Positions 1 through 9,100 are shown, counted from the first letter of the stretch. The stretch: DNA of 42,134 bases from Paludibacteraceae bacterium (GCA_017959385.1 JAGDAS010000020.1:1-42134), one strand, 5' to 3'. Made by a program: numbers and translations. Notes: generated by a model not told the origin, from the letters alone.

Positions 1-949
1 CCACATCAACGTATGCTTTGCGGTTGTCGGCATGCACCCGGATATGCACAAGGCCCTGCCCATCCATGGCATCTACGGCATTTTTACACATATTCTCAAT
101 AATCCATGCAAAGAGCGGCACATTGAGCATCACGCGGACATTTCCTTCCACCTCCAGTTCCAGAACCACTTGGCGCGAAATGCGTGTACGCATATAGTCC
201 AGTGCCGATTTTACCGCATCCGCCAGCGGATAGGGCTCCAGGGAAGAGGGAGAACCGATTTGTGAGAAACGTTCGGCCACAGCCCGCAAGCGCGTCACAT
301 CCTTCTGCATTTCGGGAAGGGCGGGATCGTCCGGACAACGGCTTTCAAGCATTTCAAGCCAGGCCATCAGCGATGAAATGGGGGTACCCAACTGGTGAGC
401 CGTCTCGCGCGAAAGCCCCACCCAAAGCTTATCCTTTTCCGATACCGAAGCCATCCGCACCAGTCCTACCGCCAACAGAGCGAACAACAGCAACACCGCC
501 AGCTGGACAACGGGGAACCAGGCCAGTTTTTTCAACAACTCCGAATCATCGTAACAGATCAACTGACGGCCCACCCCGGGAATTTCCATCACAATCGGAT
601 CGTGCTTGGCGGCAAACCGGAGCGCCATTTGCCGCAGCTGCCCTTCCGTCAGACCCTCTTCCCGCACATTGCGGGTGGAAAGTACCTGGTACTGCCCGTC
701 GGTAAGCAGCAAGGGGATGGTCCGGTTGTCCTCAATCACGTTCTGAATGAAGGTTAAATCGCATTCGTCCGATGACGAGACCAAAGCTTCGGTAGCCTCC
801 GCCCAAAGCCGCATACGGGCCTCCTCGCGCTCTGAGAGTTCCCGTACCAGGATACGCGACATCACCAGAAAACCGGCCATCATCAGAATAGAGGCCACCA
901 CCAGGGAAACACGCAGGGAACGGAACCAACGGACTGAATTGAACTTCAT
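1..949 (-). CDS. Sensor histidine kinase, partial (C-terminus lies beyond the left edge)
   Basis: Hand translation of the minus strand from ATG at 949-947 gives MKFNSVRWFRSLRVSLVVASILMMAGFLV... It has two hydrophobic segments, the H-box LSRETAHQLGTPISSLMAW and the N-box-like IIENMCKNAVDAM. The frame stays open to base 1, so it is absent from the ORF track (no stop in window). The start lies 1 nt after the rsgA stop. Confidence 0.8.
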   Translation of the reverse strand, partial: MKFNSVRWFRSLRVSLVVASILMMAGFLVMSRILVRELSEREEARMRLWAEATEALVSSSDECDLTFIQNVIEDNRTIPLLLTDGQYQVLSTRNVREEGLTEGQLRQMALRFAAKHDPIVMEIPGVGRQLICYDDSELLKKLAWFPVVQLAVLLLFALLAVGLVRMASVSEKDKLWVGLSRETAHQLGTPISSLMAWLEMLESRCPDDPALPEMQKDVTRLRAVAERFSQIGSPSSLEPYPLADAVKSALDYMRTRISRQVVLELEVEGNVRVMLNVPLFAWIIENMCKNAVDAMDGQGLVHIRVHADNRKAYVDV

Positions 950-950
950 A

Positions 951-1856
951 TCAACGGTATTTGGATTGGTCCATATCGGCCAGGATGCTGACATAGCTGT
1001 CGTAACGGGAATCAGCGATCTCCCCCCGCTGCCAGGCGGCTGTCACTGCGCAACCTGCTTCATGGGTATGGGTACAGTTGTGGAATTTGCATTGATCGGC
1101 CAAGCGGAACATTTCCGGAAAACAATGGGCCACATCGGCCGGTTCCAGATCCACCACACCGAAGCCTTTGATACCCGGTGTATCAATAACATAACCACCG
1201 GCCACGGGATACATCTGTGAAAAGGTGGTGGTGTGCATACCTTTGCCATGCACTTCCGACACCTCGCCCGTACGGGCGGACAACCGGGGATCCAACGCAT
1301 TCATGAGCGTGGATTTTCCCACGCCCGAATTGCCGGAAAGCAACGTCACCTTACCCTGCAGGCGGCCACGGATCTCCTCCACGCCTTCTCCACTGTAGAG
1401 CGACATGCGCAGACAGGGATAACCCAGCGGGGTGTACAAGGCGGTCATTTGCCGGTAACGTTCCTCCAATTCCGGTGTGTACAAGTCGGTTTTGTTGAAC
1501 AACAACACCACCGGAACCCGATAGGCCTCGGCCGTCACCAGAAAACGATCCACGAACTCCAGTGCCGTTTCCGGCCAGGCGAGCGTCACCAGCAGAAAGA
1601 CCTGATCCACGTTGGCCGCCAGAATGTGCGAGTACTTGGAGAGGTTGGAGGCTCGACGGACGATGTAATTGTTCCGGTCTTCGATTTCCGTAATCAACCC
1701 GTCGCGGACCTGCACCCAGTCGCCCACCACCACCGGACTGGTACTCCGGATACCCTGCATACGGAGCCGGCCTTTGGTGTGCACTTCGTGCATCTGACCG
1801 GATTCGTCCAGCACCCAATAACGGTCGCCCGTTGTCTTTACCACTCTTGCCCGCAT
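951..1856 (-). CDS. rsgA: Ribosome small-subunit-dependent GTPase A
   Basis: 301-aa ORF with the circularly permuted GTPase motifs NKTDL ... GNSGVGKST and the C-terminal zinc knuckle CKFHNCTHTHEAGCAV. ATG start verified. Confidence 0.9.
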   Translation of the reverse strand: MRARVVKTTGDRYWVLDESGQMHEVHTKGRLRMQGIRSTSPVVVGDWVQVRDGLITEIEDRNNYIVRRASNLSKYSHILAANVDQVFLLVTLAWPETALEFVDRFLVTAEAYRVPVVLLFNKTDLYTPELEERYRQMTALYTPLGYPCLRMSLYSGEGVEEIRGRLQGKVTLLSGNSGVGKSTLMNALDPRLSARTGEVSEVHGKGMHTTTFSQMYPVAGGYVIDTPGIKGFGVVDLEPADVAHCFPEMFRLADQCKFHNCTHTHEAGCAVTAAWQRGEIADSRYDSYVSILADMDQSKYR

Positions 1857-1858
1857 GA

Positions 1859-3001
1859 CTAAAACGCCTCCGTCGCTGTTATATAGAATTTCACCTGCCC
1901 TTCATTATTGCCGGCCACGTCCACGCGCAGGTGCACCCGCGCATCGTTCAGACGCAGGCGGAGTCCCGCTCCGTACCCCACTTCCACATGACCGAACTCG
2001 GGATGATACAAATCGAACACATCCCCCACGCCGGCGAACACTGCCGCCTTCAGACGCCGCCAGATCGGAATCCGGTATTCGGCCTGAACGGCCACCAAGG
2101 CATTGTCGGTGTAGGTTTTTTCCCGGAAACCGCGCAGCAGATCGCTTCCACCCAACGTGGGGAGCATGCCGAAGGGGGTATTATGCCCCACCCGCATCTC
2201 CGCACACACCTGCCAAGCGAAAACCTGCCCGATCCAGGTAGGCACAAACTGACGGAAATCCAGCGAAAAACTGTTCATGGTACAACAACTTCCCCATGCT
2301 TGCTGATAGGTGATCCAGCCTACCTTGAGGAAATGGCTGAAACGCTGCGGATACGCCACATTGTCGCGGGTGTCGTACATCATTTGCAGCCCCATTCCCC
2401 ACGCCAGATAGGGTTCCCAGCCCGACACATCCCGCCGGCCGTACATTTCCGCAGCGCGTTCCGCCTTCGTCCCGCCACCGGGAATCATTTCGGCCCGGAA
2501 ATCAGCCACCATGCCCGCCTCCAGATCGGGACGGATGCGGTAGAACGGCTGAAAGCGGAATGACACAGCCTTTGAAATGTAGTCCATACCCTCGTTGGTT
2601 TGTTGGGCACCAACGCCGTAAAATTTTTCGGGATAATAGCGCAGATGCAGGTCGCCTACAAAATGAAGCCGGCCGTTGCGCGTATAAAAGCGGGGATTGA
2701 CATGAATTTTGGCCTGTTTGCGGAGCGTATAGATCACACTGCCCGTAATACTGCTGATCTCGTGCAGCGAGTTGCTCTTAAAATAATAACCGCCCACCAC
2801 ACCGAATCCGACGCTCGTCTCCTCCTGATAGAAAGCCATGGGGATCGGATACCAGCTGCGCCGCACCACCGGCCGCTCCTCAACAGGATCCGACGGGTTG
2901 CGCACGCTGTCTTCGGAAAACGCAGATGGGTCTGCCCATGCTTGCAGCCACAATCCCATGGCCAAACAAGAGCAGACCCAACGATTCGCGCTTTTCCTCA
3001 T
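1859..3001 (-). CDS. Omp85/BamA-family (surface antigen D15-like) outer membrane beta-barrel protein
   Basis: 380-aa ORF with signal peptide MRKSANRWVCSCLAMGLWLQAWA, an alternating aromatic/glycine beta-strand pattern and a terminal Phe (ITATEAF). It ends in TAG. Confidence 0.7.
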   Translation of the reverse strand: MRKSANRWVCSCLAMGLWLQAWADPSAFSEDSVRNPSDPVEERPVVRRSWYPIPMAFYQEETSVGFGVVGGYYFKSNSLHEISSITGSVIYTLRKQAKIHVNPRFYTRNGRLHFVGDLHLRYYPEKFYGVGAQQTNEGMDYISKAVSFRFQPFYRIRPDLEAGMVADFRAEMIPGGGTKAERAAEMYGRRDVSGWEPYLAWGMGLQMMYDTRDNVAYPQRFSHFLKVGWITYQQAWGSCCTMNSFSLDFRQFVPTWIGQVFAWQVCAEMRVGHNTPFGMLPTLGGSDLLRGFREKTYTDNALVAVQAEYRIPIWRRLKAAVFAGVGDVFDLYHPEFGHVEVGYGAGLRLRLNDARVHLRVDVAGNNEGQVKFYITATEAF

Positions 3002-3006
3002 GCTGG

Positions 3007-3567
3007 CTATACGGTCATGATTTCCTTCTCTTTGGCCGCCACAATTTCGTCCACGCGCTTGATGTACTTGTCGTGAACCTTCTGCACCTCCGCCTCGGCA
3101 TCTTTCTCCATATCCTCGGCCAATCCTTCCTTAACCGATTTCTTCAAAGCATCAATGGCGTCACGGCGTGCATTGCGGATGGTGATTTTACAATCCTCGC
3201 CTTCGGCGCGGGCCTGCTTGACCAACGACTTGCGACGGTCCTCCGTCAACGGCGGAATGCCCAGGCGGATCACCTCGCCGTTGTTCTCGGGCGTAATCCC
3301 CACCTCGGAGGCCATAATCGCCTTCTCAATCTCTTTGAGCATGGATTTTTCCCAAGGTTGGATGACAATCGACTTGGCATCGGGTGTCGTAATGTTGGCC
3401 ACACCGCTCAACGGCGTGGACGATCCGTAATAATCAACGTAAATACCGTCCAGGATACGAGCGTTGGCCTTCCCCGCACGCACGCGGGCCAAAGCCTCAT
3501 CGAGGTACATCATTGCGCCTTCCATTTTGTCGGTGGCGTCGGTCAAATTTTTCTGAATGTCTATCAT
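3007..3567 (-). CDS. frr: Ribosome recycling factor
   Basis: The ORF track entry 3007..3573 starts at TTG. The first ATG at 3567 gives [35 protein letters not shown]..., a 186-aa product typical of Frr. Confidence 0.95.
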   Translation of the reverse strand: MIDIQKNLTDATDKMEGAMMYLDEALARVRAGKANARILDGIYVDYYGSSTPLSGVANITTPDAKSIVIQPWEKSMLKEIEKAIMASEVGITPENNGEVIRLGIPPLTEDRRKSLVKQARAEGEDCKITIRNARRDAIDALKKSVKEGLAEDMEKDAEAEVQKVHDKYIKRVDEIVAAKEKEIMTV

Positions 3568-3577
3568 AGTCAATAAA

Positions 3578-4288
3578 TTATTTCACCGTAACAAATGTTC
3601 CGACCGGTTCGCCGGCGAGCACTTTGGACAGATTGCCGTACACATCCATATTGAACACATATACGGGCATCCGATTCTCTTTGCACATGGCCGTGGCCGT
3701 GAGATCCATCACCTTCAGACCGCGTTGCAGGATTTCATCGTAAGTAATGGTGTCAAACTTGACTGCGGTGGGGTCCTTCTCGGGATCGGCCGTGTAAATA
3801 CCGTCCACACGGGTTCCCTTGAACATCACATCGCATTGCAATTCAATGGCACGCAGCGAAGATCCCGTATCGGTCGTAAAGAACGGGTTGCCGGTCCCCG
3901 CCGAGCAGATCACCACATAGCCCTGATCCAGCAGGCGGATGGCTTTGTCGGCGCTGTAGAATTCTCCGACCGGCTCCATCCGGATGGCCGTCAGCACCTG
4001 GTTCTTCACACCGATGGCGTTCAACGCCGAACTCAAGGCCAGGCTGTTGATAACAGTCGCCAACATTCCCATCTGATCCCCCTTTACCCGGTCAAACCCC
4101 TTGGCCGCTCCGCTCAATCCTCGGAAAATGTTACCGCCTCCGATGACAATCGCCACCTGCACGCCCTGACGGACCGCCGCACCGATTTGTTCGGCATACT
4201 GTCCCAACCGCTCGGTATCGATACCGTAACCCTGTTTGCCCATCAGGGATTCTCCGCTGAGTTTGAGAAGAACACGCTTGAATTGCAT
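3578..4288 (-). CDS. pyrH: UMP kinase
   Basis: The ORF track entry starts at TTG 4294. The ATG at 4288 gives [17 protein letters not shown]..., the canonical PyrH N-terminus. pyrH-frr synteny supports the call. Confidence 0.95.
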   Translation of the reverse strand: MQFKRVLLKLSGESLMGKQGYGIDTERLGQYAEQIGAAVRQGVQVAIVIGGGNIFRGLSGAAKGFDRVKGDQMGMLATVINSLALSSALNAIGVKNQVLTAIRMEPVGEFYSADKAIRLLDQGYVVICSAGTGNPFFTTDTGSSLRAIELQCDVMFKGTRVDGIYTADPEKDPTAVKFDTITYDEILQRGLKVMDLTATAMCKENRMPVYVFNMDVYGNLSKVLAGEPVGTFVTVK

Positions 4289-4309
4289 AGTCAATGGTAT
4301 AAAAGTTCA

Positions 4310-4317
4310 CAAAGATA
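4310..4317 (-). promoter_or_regulatory. Candidate -7 promoter box TATCTTTG for pyrH-frr
   Basis: Exact TAnnTTTG match on the minus strand, 21 nt upstream of the pyrH ATG and just downstream of a terminator. Confidence 0.4.
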
Positions 4318-4352
4318 AAGAAAATCCAGATTCCGCTCACCTTTTCCGGAAC

Positions 4353-4384
4353 AAAAATCCCCAAGCCCGGACGGCCTGGGGATT
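4353..4384 (-). terminator. Intrinsic terminator after the T9SS-cargo gene
   Basis: Minus-strand RNA AAUCCCCAGGCC-GUCC..GGCUUGGGGAUU forms an 8 bp + 3 bp stem with one mismatch, followed by UUUUUGUU. Confidence 0.7.
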
Positions 4385-4409
4385 CTGTTCTATCGAAATG
4401 AAAGTCGAA

Positions 4410-4886
4410 TTACTGTTTCACGAAACGAAGCACCGTCTTTTCAGTACGCAACAGGTAGGTACCCGGTTCCAAACCGGACACCGGCAGAATGGTTTCACCC
4501 TCCGCCGCCTTCACTTCCATCTGTTTGCGGCCAGCCAGGTCGTACACCAGCAAGGCATCGCCAGCTTCCGGGCCGGTGACCGTCAATTCATTACGCACCG
4601 GATTGGGATACAGGAAATAACGGACATCGCTGCCCATCCACTGCTTCACCTCATTCGGGCCTTCTTCGGTAAAAATTACGACCTTTACATCCGTATCATC
4701 GGGATTTCCGTCCTTAAATTTAACCCGCATGGCAGCGTCACCGTCCTGCTGATCGAATTCAATACGCTGAACAACAGCCAATTCATACAGCTGCGAGGAT
4801 TTGTCAGAGCGAACCGTCTTCAAACCGGCAGCCCACACAGTACATCCTGTCAAAACCAGGGAAAACGTTACAAGAAATTTTTTCAT
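4410..4886 (-). CDS. Small secreted protein with a T9SS (Por) C-terminal sorting domain
   Basis: 158 aa with signal/lipobox-like MKKFLVTFSLVLTGCTVWA. The C-terminal part (LYPNPVRNELTVTG...LLVYDLAGRK...LEPGTYLLR...LRFVKQ) matches the Por_Secre_tail pattern. Confidence 0.75.
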   Translation of the reverse strand: MKKFLVTFSLVLTGCTVWAAGLKTVRSDKSSQLYELAVVQRIEFDQQDGDAAMRVKFKDGNPDDTDVKVVIFTEEGPNEVKQWMGSDVRYFLYPNPVRNELTVTGPEAGDALLVYDLAGRKQMEVKAAEGETILPVSGLEPGTYLLRTEKTVLRFVKQ

Positions 4887-4896
4887 AAGACAAAGA

Positions 4897-5433
4897 TTAA
4901 TTCAGTTCAAGATCCGAACGCCACCGCATCAATGTGCTGTCCGCCACATCATTCAAACGCATTCCCTGTTTCCATACCGCCTCGGGATAGGTCCGCTCCA
5001 ATTCCTCCTGGCTCTTGTCAATCGGGGTCATACCGGAAGTGGCGAAAGGAATGAGCGTCTTGCCCTCCAGCTTTTGGCTGTCCAGGTAAGACAGAACGAC
5101 ACGGGGAGCGACACCGGCCCAAATCGGATAACCGACAAACACCACGTCATAGTCCTTGATGGAGGGTAGCGAAGCGGCCAAAGCCGGACGGAAATCGGGA
5201 TGTTCCTCCTCATAGACATTACGCGACTGACGGTCACGCCAATCCAGATCCTACGGTGTGTACAACGATTCGGGTACAATTTCAATCACATACGCCTGCA
5301 TCACGCCGGCCAGCTGCACGGCGGCGGCACGGGTATTGCCCGTTGCGGAGAAATACACGACAGCCACCTTGGGGGCCGAATTGCAAGCCGCCAACAGGAA
5401 TGAGGCGGCCAAAAAAAGTAAAAATTTCTTCAT
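4897..5433 (-). pseudogene. Flavodoxin-like lipoprotein gene interrupted by a single in-frame TAG (5248-5250)
   Basis: ORFs 5251..5484 and 4897..5181 share one frame (5484-5181 = 303). The hand-translated junction reads IVPESLYTP*DLDWRDRQSRNVYEEEHPDFRPALAASLPSIKDYD. The lipoprotein signal is MKKFLLFLAASFLLAAC (ATG 5433), and flavodoxin motifs are VVYFSATGNT and FVGYPIW. Confidence 0.75.
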
Positions 5434-5454
5434 ATCTGTTTGATTTGACATCTG

Positions 5455-5462
5455 CAAATGTA
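5455..5462 (-). promoter_or_regulatory. Candidate -7 box TACATTTG for the flavodoxin-like gene
   Basis: Exact TAnnTTTG match on the minus strand, about 21 nt upstream of ATG 5433. Confidence 0.4.
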
Positions 5463-5480
5463 GTGAATATTTTGGAATAA

Positions 5481-5915
5481 TCACGGTTCGTCATCCACAT
5501 TTACCAACGGGACCATCCGCGTCCGCATCAACTGCATCAGCGTGTGCACCGCTGCATCGAATCCTTCGGACGAACCCGCACGCACCTCAATCATATCCTT
5601 ATACATCCGCAGGGCATATCCGCCTTCCGGCAAAAGGTCATCCCCGTAAAAAGCGATACGGTTTCCTTTGTCCGGCAGCGAATGCGGATCCGTCAGTTTC
5701 TTTCCCAAGCTTTTCCGGCAGTAATCGCGCAGCGTGCGGGCCGCAGGTTTGGCTCCCTGCGAATCGTCCGCGAAGATATAGGTCTTCTTCTTGAGATTGA
5801 ACACCCCCTGCTTCCACACCACCTTGCGGGGCTGCGGATCCAACGGCAGTTGGGCGGCCGCAGGAACAGCCATCCCGAGCCAACATACCGACAATGCAAT
5901 CAACCAAGTCTTCAT
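5481..5915 (-). CDS. Stand-alone GH20 (beta-hexosaminidase) N-terminal zincin-like-fold domain protein
   Basis: MKTWLIALSVCWLGMAVPAAAQ signal, then VVWKQGVFNL...GYALRMYKDMIEVRAGSSEGFDAAVHTLMQL...VNVDDEP*. This resembles GH20 domain 2 and stops where the catalytic barrel normally begins. The ORF-track start 5933 is TTG and overlaps the promoter box, so I used ATG 5915. Confidence 0.6.
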   Translation of the reverse strand: MKTWLIALSVCWLGMAVPAAAQLPLDPQPRKVVWKQGVFNLKKKTYIFADDSQGAKPAARTLRDYCRKSLGKKLTDPHSLPDKGNRIAFYGDDLLPEGGYALRMYKDMIEVRAGSSEGFDAAVHTLMQLMRTRMVPLVNVDDEP

Positions 5916-5921
5916 ACCTGG

Positions 5922-5929
5922 CAAATATA
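5922..5929 (-). promoter_or_regulatory. Candidate -7 box TATATTTG, 6 nt upstream of ATG 5915
   Basis: Exact TAnnTTTG match on the minus strand, immediately after the rplQ terminator U-tract. Confidence 0.4.
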
Positions 5930-5931
5930 GC

Positions 5932-5967
5932 AAAAAAAAAGCGATTCCTTTCGAAACCGCTTTTTTT
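5932..5967 (-). terminator. Intrinsic terminator closing the ribosomal protein/rpoA/rplQ array
   Basis: Minus-strand RNA AGCGGUUUC-GAAA-GGAAUCGCU forms a 9-bp stem including two G-U pairs, followed by U9. On the plus strand those two pairs become A-C mismatches, which indicates minus-strand function. Confidence 0.8.
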
Positions 5968-5981
5968 CTTGCATCGGGAAT

Positions 5982-6473
5982 TTACTCCGCCTTGGGTTCT
6001 TCAGCCTTCGGGGCTTCTTCAACCACTGCGGCCTCCTCCGCCTTGGCAGCCTTCTTGGCACCCGAACGGCGCGTTTTGGCCTTCTTCTTGGGAGCGGCGT
6101 CCTTGAGCAGGTTCTCGTTGTAGTCCACCAACTCGATGAAGCACATCTGAGCAGCGTCTCCTACGCGGAAACCGGTCTTCAGAATACGGGTGTAGCCGCC
6201 GGGACGGTTGGCCACACGCTGCGAAATCTCACCGAAAAGGATGGTAACGGCCTCCTTGTTCTGCAACTCGGAGAAAACCAGACGGCGCGAAGCGGTGGTG
6301 TCCTCTTTGGAACGGGTGATAAGCGGTTCAACGTATTTGCGGAGCTCCTTGGCCTTGGCCAGGGTCGTATTGATCTTCTTGTTCTTGATCAGAGAGATGG
6401 CCATGTTGGCCAGCATCGACTCGCGGTGAGCGGTCTTTCTGCCAAGGTGATTGATTTTCTTATTGTGTCTCAT
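5982..6473 (-). CDS. rplQ: 50S ribosomal protein L17 with a Lys/Ala/Glu-rich C-terminal tail
   Basis: [25 protein letters not shown]...; follows rpoA. Confidence 0.97.
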   Translation of the reverse strand: MRHNKKINHLGRKTAHRESMLANMAISLIKNKKINTTLAKAKELRKYVEPLITRSKEDTTASRRLVFSELQNKEAVTILFGEISQRVANRPGGYTRILKTGFRVGDAAQMCFIELVDYNENLLKDAAPKKKAKTRRSGAKKAAKAEEAAVVEEAPKAEEPKAE

Positions 6474-6478
6474 ACAGA

Positions 6479-7471
6479 TTAATCTTTATCTAATTTATAC
6501 TTGGAAATGTCCATACCGAACGACAAGTTCAGGCTCTGAAGTTTGGCATCCAACTCAACCAACGACTTCTTACCGAAGTTGCGGAACTTGAGCAGGTCGT
6601 TGCGGTTGAAGGCAACGAGCTCGGCCAAAGTCTCGACATCGGCCGCCTTGAGGCAGTTCAAGGCACGTACAGAGAGGTCAAGGTCAACCAGACGCGTCTT
6701 CAGCAACTGACGCATGTGCAGGGCATCCTCATCAAATTCCTCCACACCCTCGGAGTCGTTGAAGTCCACCATGATCTTCTCGTCCGAGAACAGCATGAAG
6801 TGGTGAATCAGAATGCGGGCTGCTTCCTGCAACGCGTCCTTCGGATGGATGGAACCGTCGGTGTCGATTTCGATGACCAGCTTGTCGTAGTCGGTCTTCT
6901 GCTCAACACGGTAAGCCTCCTGGGCATACTTGACGTTCAGAATCGGCGTGTAGATGGAGTCAATAGGAATCACATCCACCTCCTGCACATTGGCACGGTT
7001 CTCATCGGCGGGAACGTAGCCACGGCCCTTGTTGATGGTGATTTCCATATTGAATTTAACCCCTTGGTTCATATTGCAGATGACCAAATCGGGATTCAGC
7101 ACCTCGAAATTGGACAACTTGGAGGAGAAATCCCCGGCCTTGAGCACCGTAGTGTTCTCAACCGTAAAGGCGATCTTTTCCGAATCGGCACCTTCCACCA
7201 ACTGCTTGAAACGTACTTGCTTCAATTGCAGGATAATGCCGGTGACATCTTCAATAACTCCCGGAATGGTGGCGAACTCATGCTCTACACCCTCGATTTT
7301 GAACGAGGTGATGGCAAAGCCTTCCAAGGAAGAGAGCAGAATACGGCGCAACGCATTACCAATGGTAATAGCGAAGCCAGGTTCCAAGGGTCTGAATTCG
7401 AATTTCCCATGGAAGGAGTCTGCCTCCACCATAATGACTTTGTCCGGTTTTTGGAACGGTAATATAGCCAT
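6479..7471 (-). CDS. rpoA: DNA-directed RNA polymerase alpha subunit
   Basis: 330 aa, [16 protein letters not shown]...[14 protein letters not shown]... with a C-terminal domain containing [10 protein letters not shown]. Confidence 0.97.
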   Translation of the reverse strand: MAILPFQKPDKVIMVEADSFHGKFEFRPLEPGFAITIGNALRRILLSSLEGFAITSFKIEGVEHEFATIPGVIEDVTGIILQLKQVRFKQLVEGADSEKIAFTVENTTVLKAGDFSSKLSNFEVLNPDLVICNMNQGVKFNMEITINKGRGYVPADENRANVQEVDVIPIDSIYTPILNVKYAQEAYRVEQKTDYDKLVIEIDTDGSIHPKDALQEAARILIHHFMLFSDEKIMVDFNDSEGVEEFDEDALHMRQLLKTRLVDLDLSVRALNCLKAADVETLAELVAFNRNDLLKFRNFGKKSLVELDAKLQSLNLSFGMDISKYKLDKD

Positions 7472-7483
7472 AATCTACTAGAA

Positions 7484-8092
7484 TTATTGTTTAGAATAAA
7501 GTTCGACGATAAGTTGCTCCTTGATCTGCTCGGGAATCTCAGCACGGTCAGGGTTGTGCAACAACTTGCCCGACATGGAGGATTCATCGAACTCCAACCA
7601 AGGATACTTGCTGTGGTTGAAGCCGGAGAGCGCATTCGTGATCACCTCCAACGACTTGGACTTTTCACGAATCGCGATCACCTCACCCGGATTAACGTGG
7701 TAGGAAGGAATGTTCACCACTTCACCGTTGACCGTAATGTGCTTGTGCGAAACCAGCTGACGGGCAGCGGAACGCGTGGGAGCCATACCCAAGCGGTACA
7801 CTACATTGTCCAAACGGGCCTCCAACAGTTGGAGCAGCACCTCACCCGTAATACCCTTGGTACGCTGGGCGCGGGCGAAGAGGTTGGAGAACTGCTTCTC
7901 CAACACGCCGTAGGTGTATTTGGCTTTCTGCTTCTCCTTGAGCTGCATGCCGTATTCAGAGGTCTTGCGACGACCGGAGTTGCCATGCTGGCCGGGAGCA
8001 TAATTCTTCTTGGACAATACTTTGTCAGCGCCAAAGATCGCTTCACCGAACTTGCGGGCGATTTTGGATTTGGGTCCTGTATATCTTGCCAT
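7484..8092 (-). CDS. rpsD: 30S ribosomal protein S4
   Basis: [21 protein letters not shown]...; 202 aa; alpha-operon synteny. Confidence 0.97.
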   Translation of the reverse strand: MARYTGPKSKIARKFGEAIFGADKVLSKKNYAPGQHGNSGRRKTSEYGMQLKEKQKAKYTYGVLEKQFSNLFARAQRTKGITGEVLLQLLEARLDNVVYRLGMAPTRSAARQLVSHKHITVNGEVVNIPSYHVNPGEVIAIREKSKSLEVITNALSGFNHSKYPWLEFDESSMSGKLLHNPDRAEIPEQIKEQLIVELYSKQ

Positions 8093-8126
8093 TTTATGTG
8101 ATATTTACAAATTAAACGTATTCCGA

Positions 8127-8516
8127 TTACACTCTTCTTCTTTTGGGAGGACGGCAGCCGTTGTGCGGCAGCGGCGTAACATCGATAATCTCGGTTACTT
8201 CGATACCGGCACCGTGGATGGCACGGATGGCCGACTCACGACCGTTGCCCGGACCCTTCACATAAGCCTTGGCCTTGCGCAGCCCCAGGTCGTAAGCGAC
8301 CTTGGCGCAATCCTGAGCAGCCGTTTGGGCGGCATAGGGAGTGTTCTTCTTGGAACCACGGAAACCCATCTTACCAGCGGAAGACCAGGAGATAACCTGA
8401 CCCTCGGAGTTGGCGATGGTGACAATAATGTTGTTGAAAGAGGAGTAAACGTGCACTTGGCCCACTCCGTCAATCTTAACCACCTTTTTCTTGGCGGCAG
8501 TTGCTTTCTTTGCCAT
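8127..8516 (-). CDS. rpsK: 30S ribosomal protein S11
   Basis: 129 aa, ...[13 protein letters not shown]...[14 protein letters not shown]... Confidence 0.97.
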   Translation of the reverse strand: MAKKATAAKKKVVKIDGVGQVHVYSSFNNIIVTIANSEGQVISWSSAGKMGFRGSKKNTPYAAQTAAQDCAKVAYDLGLRKAKAYVKGPGNGRESAIRAIHGAGIEVTEIIDVTPLPHNGCRPPKRRRV

Positions 8517-8550
8517 GTTGTTATTTGGAATTTAGCGGTTTGACAATGTT

Positions 8551-8931
8551 TTAGTTCGTAGCCTTCTTCTTGTTGGCAACCGTCTTTCTCTTACCTTTGC
8601 GGGTACGGGCGTTGTTCTTGGTGCTTTGTCCACGGAGCGGCAAGCCCAGACGGTGACGGATTCCACGATAGCAGCCGATATCCATCAAACGTTTGATGTT
8701 CAACTGCGTCTCCGAACGCAAATCACCCTCCACCTTGAACTCGCTGGAGATGATGTCGCGGATCTTGGAGGCCTGGTCGTCGGTCCAATCCTGCACCTTG
8801 ATGTCCTTGTCAATACCGGCAGCGGCCAAAATCTTCTGGGCACTGCTTCTTCCTATTCCGTAGATATAGGTTATACCTATTTCACCCCGCTTGTTCTGGG
8901 GCAAATCTACTCCTGCAATTCTTATAGCCAT
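8551..8931 (-). CDS. rpsM: 30S ribosomal protein S13
   Basis: [27 protein letters not shown]...; 126 aa. Confidence 0.97.
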   Translation of the reverse strand: MAIRIAGVDLPQNKRGEIGITYIYGIGRSSAQKILAAAGIDKDIKVQDWTDDQASKIRDIISSEFKVEGDLRSETQLNIKRLMDIGCYRGIRHRLGLPLRGQSTKNNARTRKGKRKTVANKKKATN

Positions 8932-8955
8932 AAACTATTTATATAAATTTAAAAA

Positions 8956-9072
8956 TTATCCCTGACGTTGGTTTTCCTTCGGATTTTTTTTGTTGATAAC
9001 GTAGAGGTGACCTCTGCGGCGGACGATGATGCAGCCCTCCGAACGCTTTTTGATAGAAGCTTTGACTTTCAT
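8956..9072 (-). CDS. rpmJ: 50S ribosomal protein L36
   Basis: Below the ORF-track size cutoff. Hand translation of the minus strand from ATG 9072 gives [38 protein letters not shown] (38 aa). It lies between infA and rpsM as expected. Confidence 0.93.
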   Translation of the reverse strand: MKVKASIKKRSEGCIIVRRRGHLYVINKKNPKENQRQG

Positions 9073-9100
9073 TTCTGTATGTGTTAAAATTTTATTTTTC

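Noticed and set aside
3568-3573. N-terminal extensions in the ORF track (frr 3573, pyrH 4294, flavodoxin 5484, GH20-domain 5933, M23 39912, dxr 39091, HD protein 24310, rpmD 12104, rpmC 16036).
   Set aside because: Checking the nucleotides shows that several of these starts are TTG or GTG rendered as M. Others would overlap the upstream gene or a promoter box. Homologous proteins begin at the downstream ATG, so I trimmed the coordinates accordingly.
5248-5250. Whether the in-frame TAG in the flavodoxin-like gene reflects genome-wide TAG reassignment, as in some Bacteroidales phages.
   Set aside because: TAG functions as a genuine stop in this same window. The Omp85-family gene ends at TAG 1859-1861, directly after the canonical C-terminal Phe of a beta-barrel protein. 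All other genes end where homology predicts.
5982-6110. The Lys/Ala/Glu-rich low-complexity C-terminal extension of L17, considered as a possible fusion or repeat.
   Set aside because: It is in frame and continuous with rplQ, with no repeat unit at the DNA level. As far as I recall, extended L17 tails are usual in Bacteroidota, so this is not anomalous.
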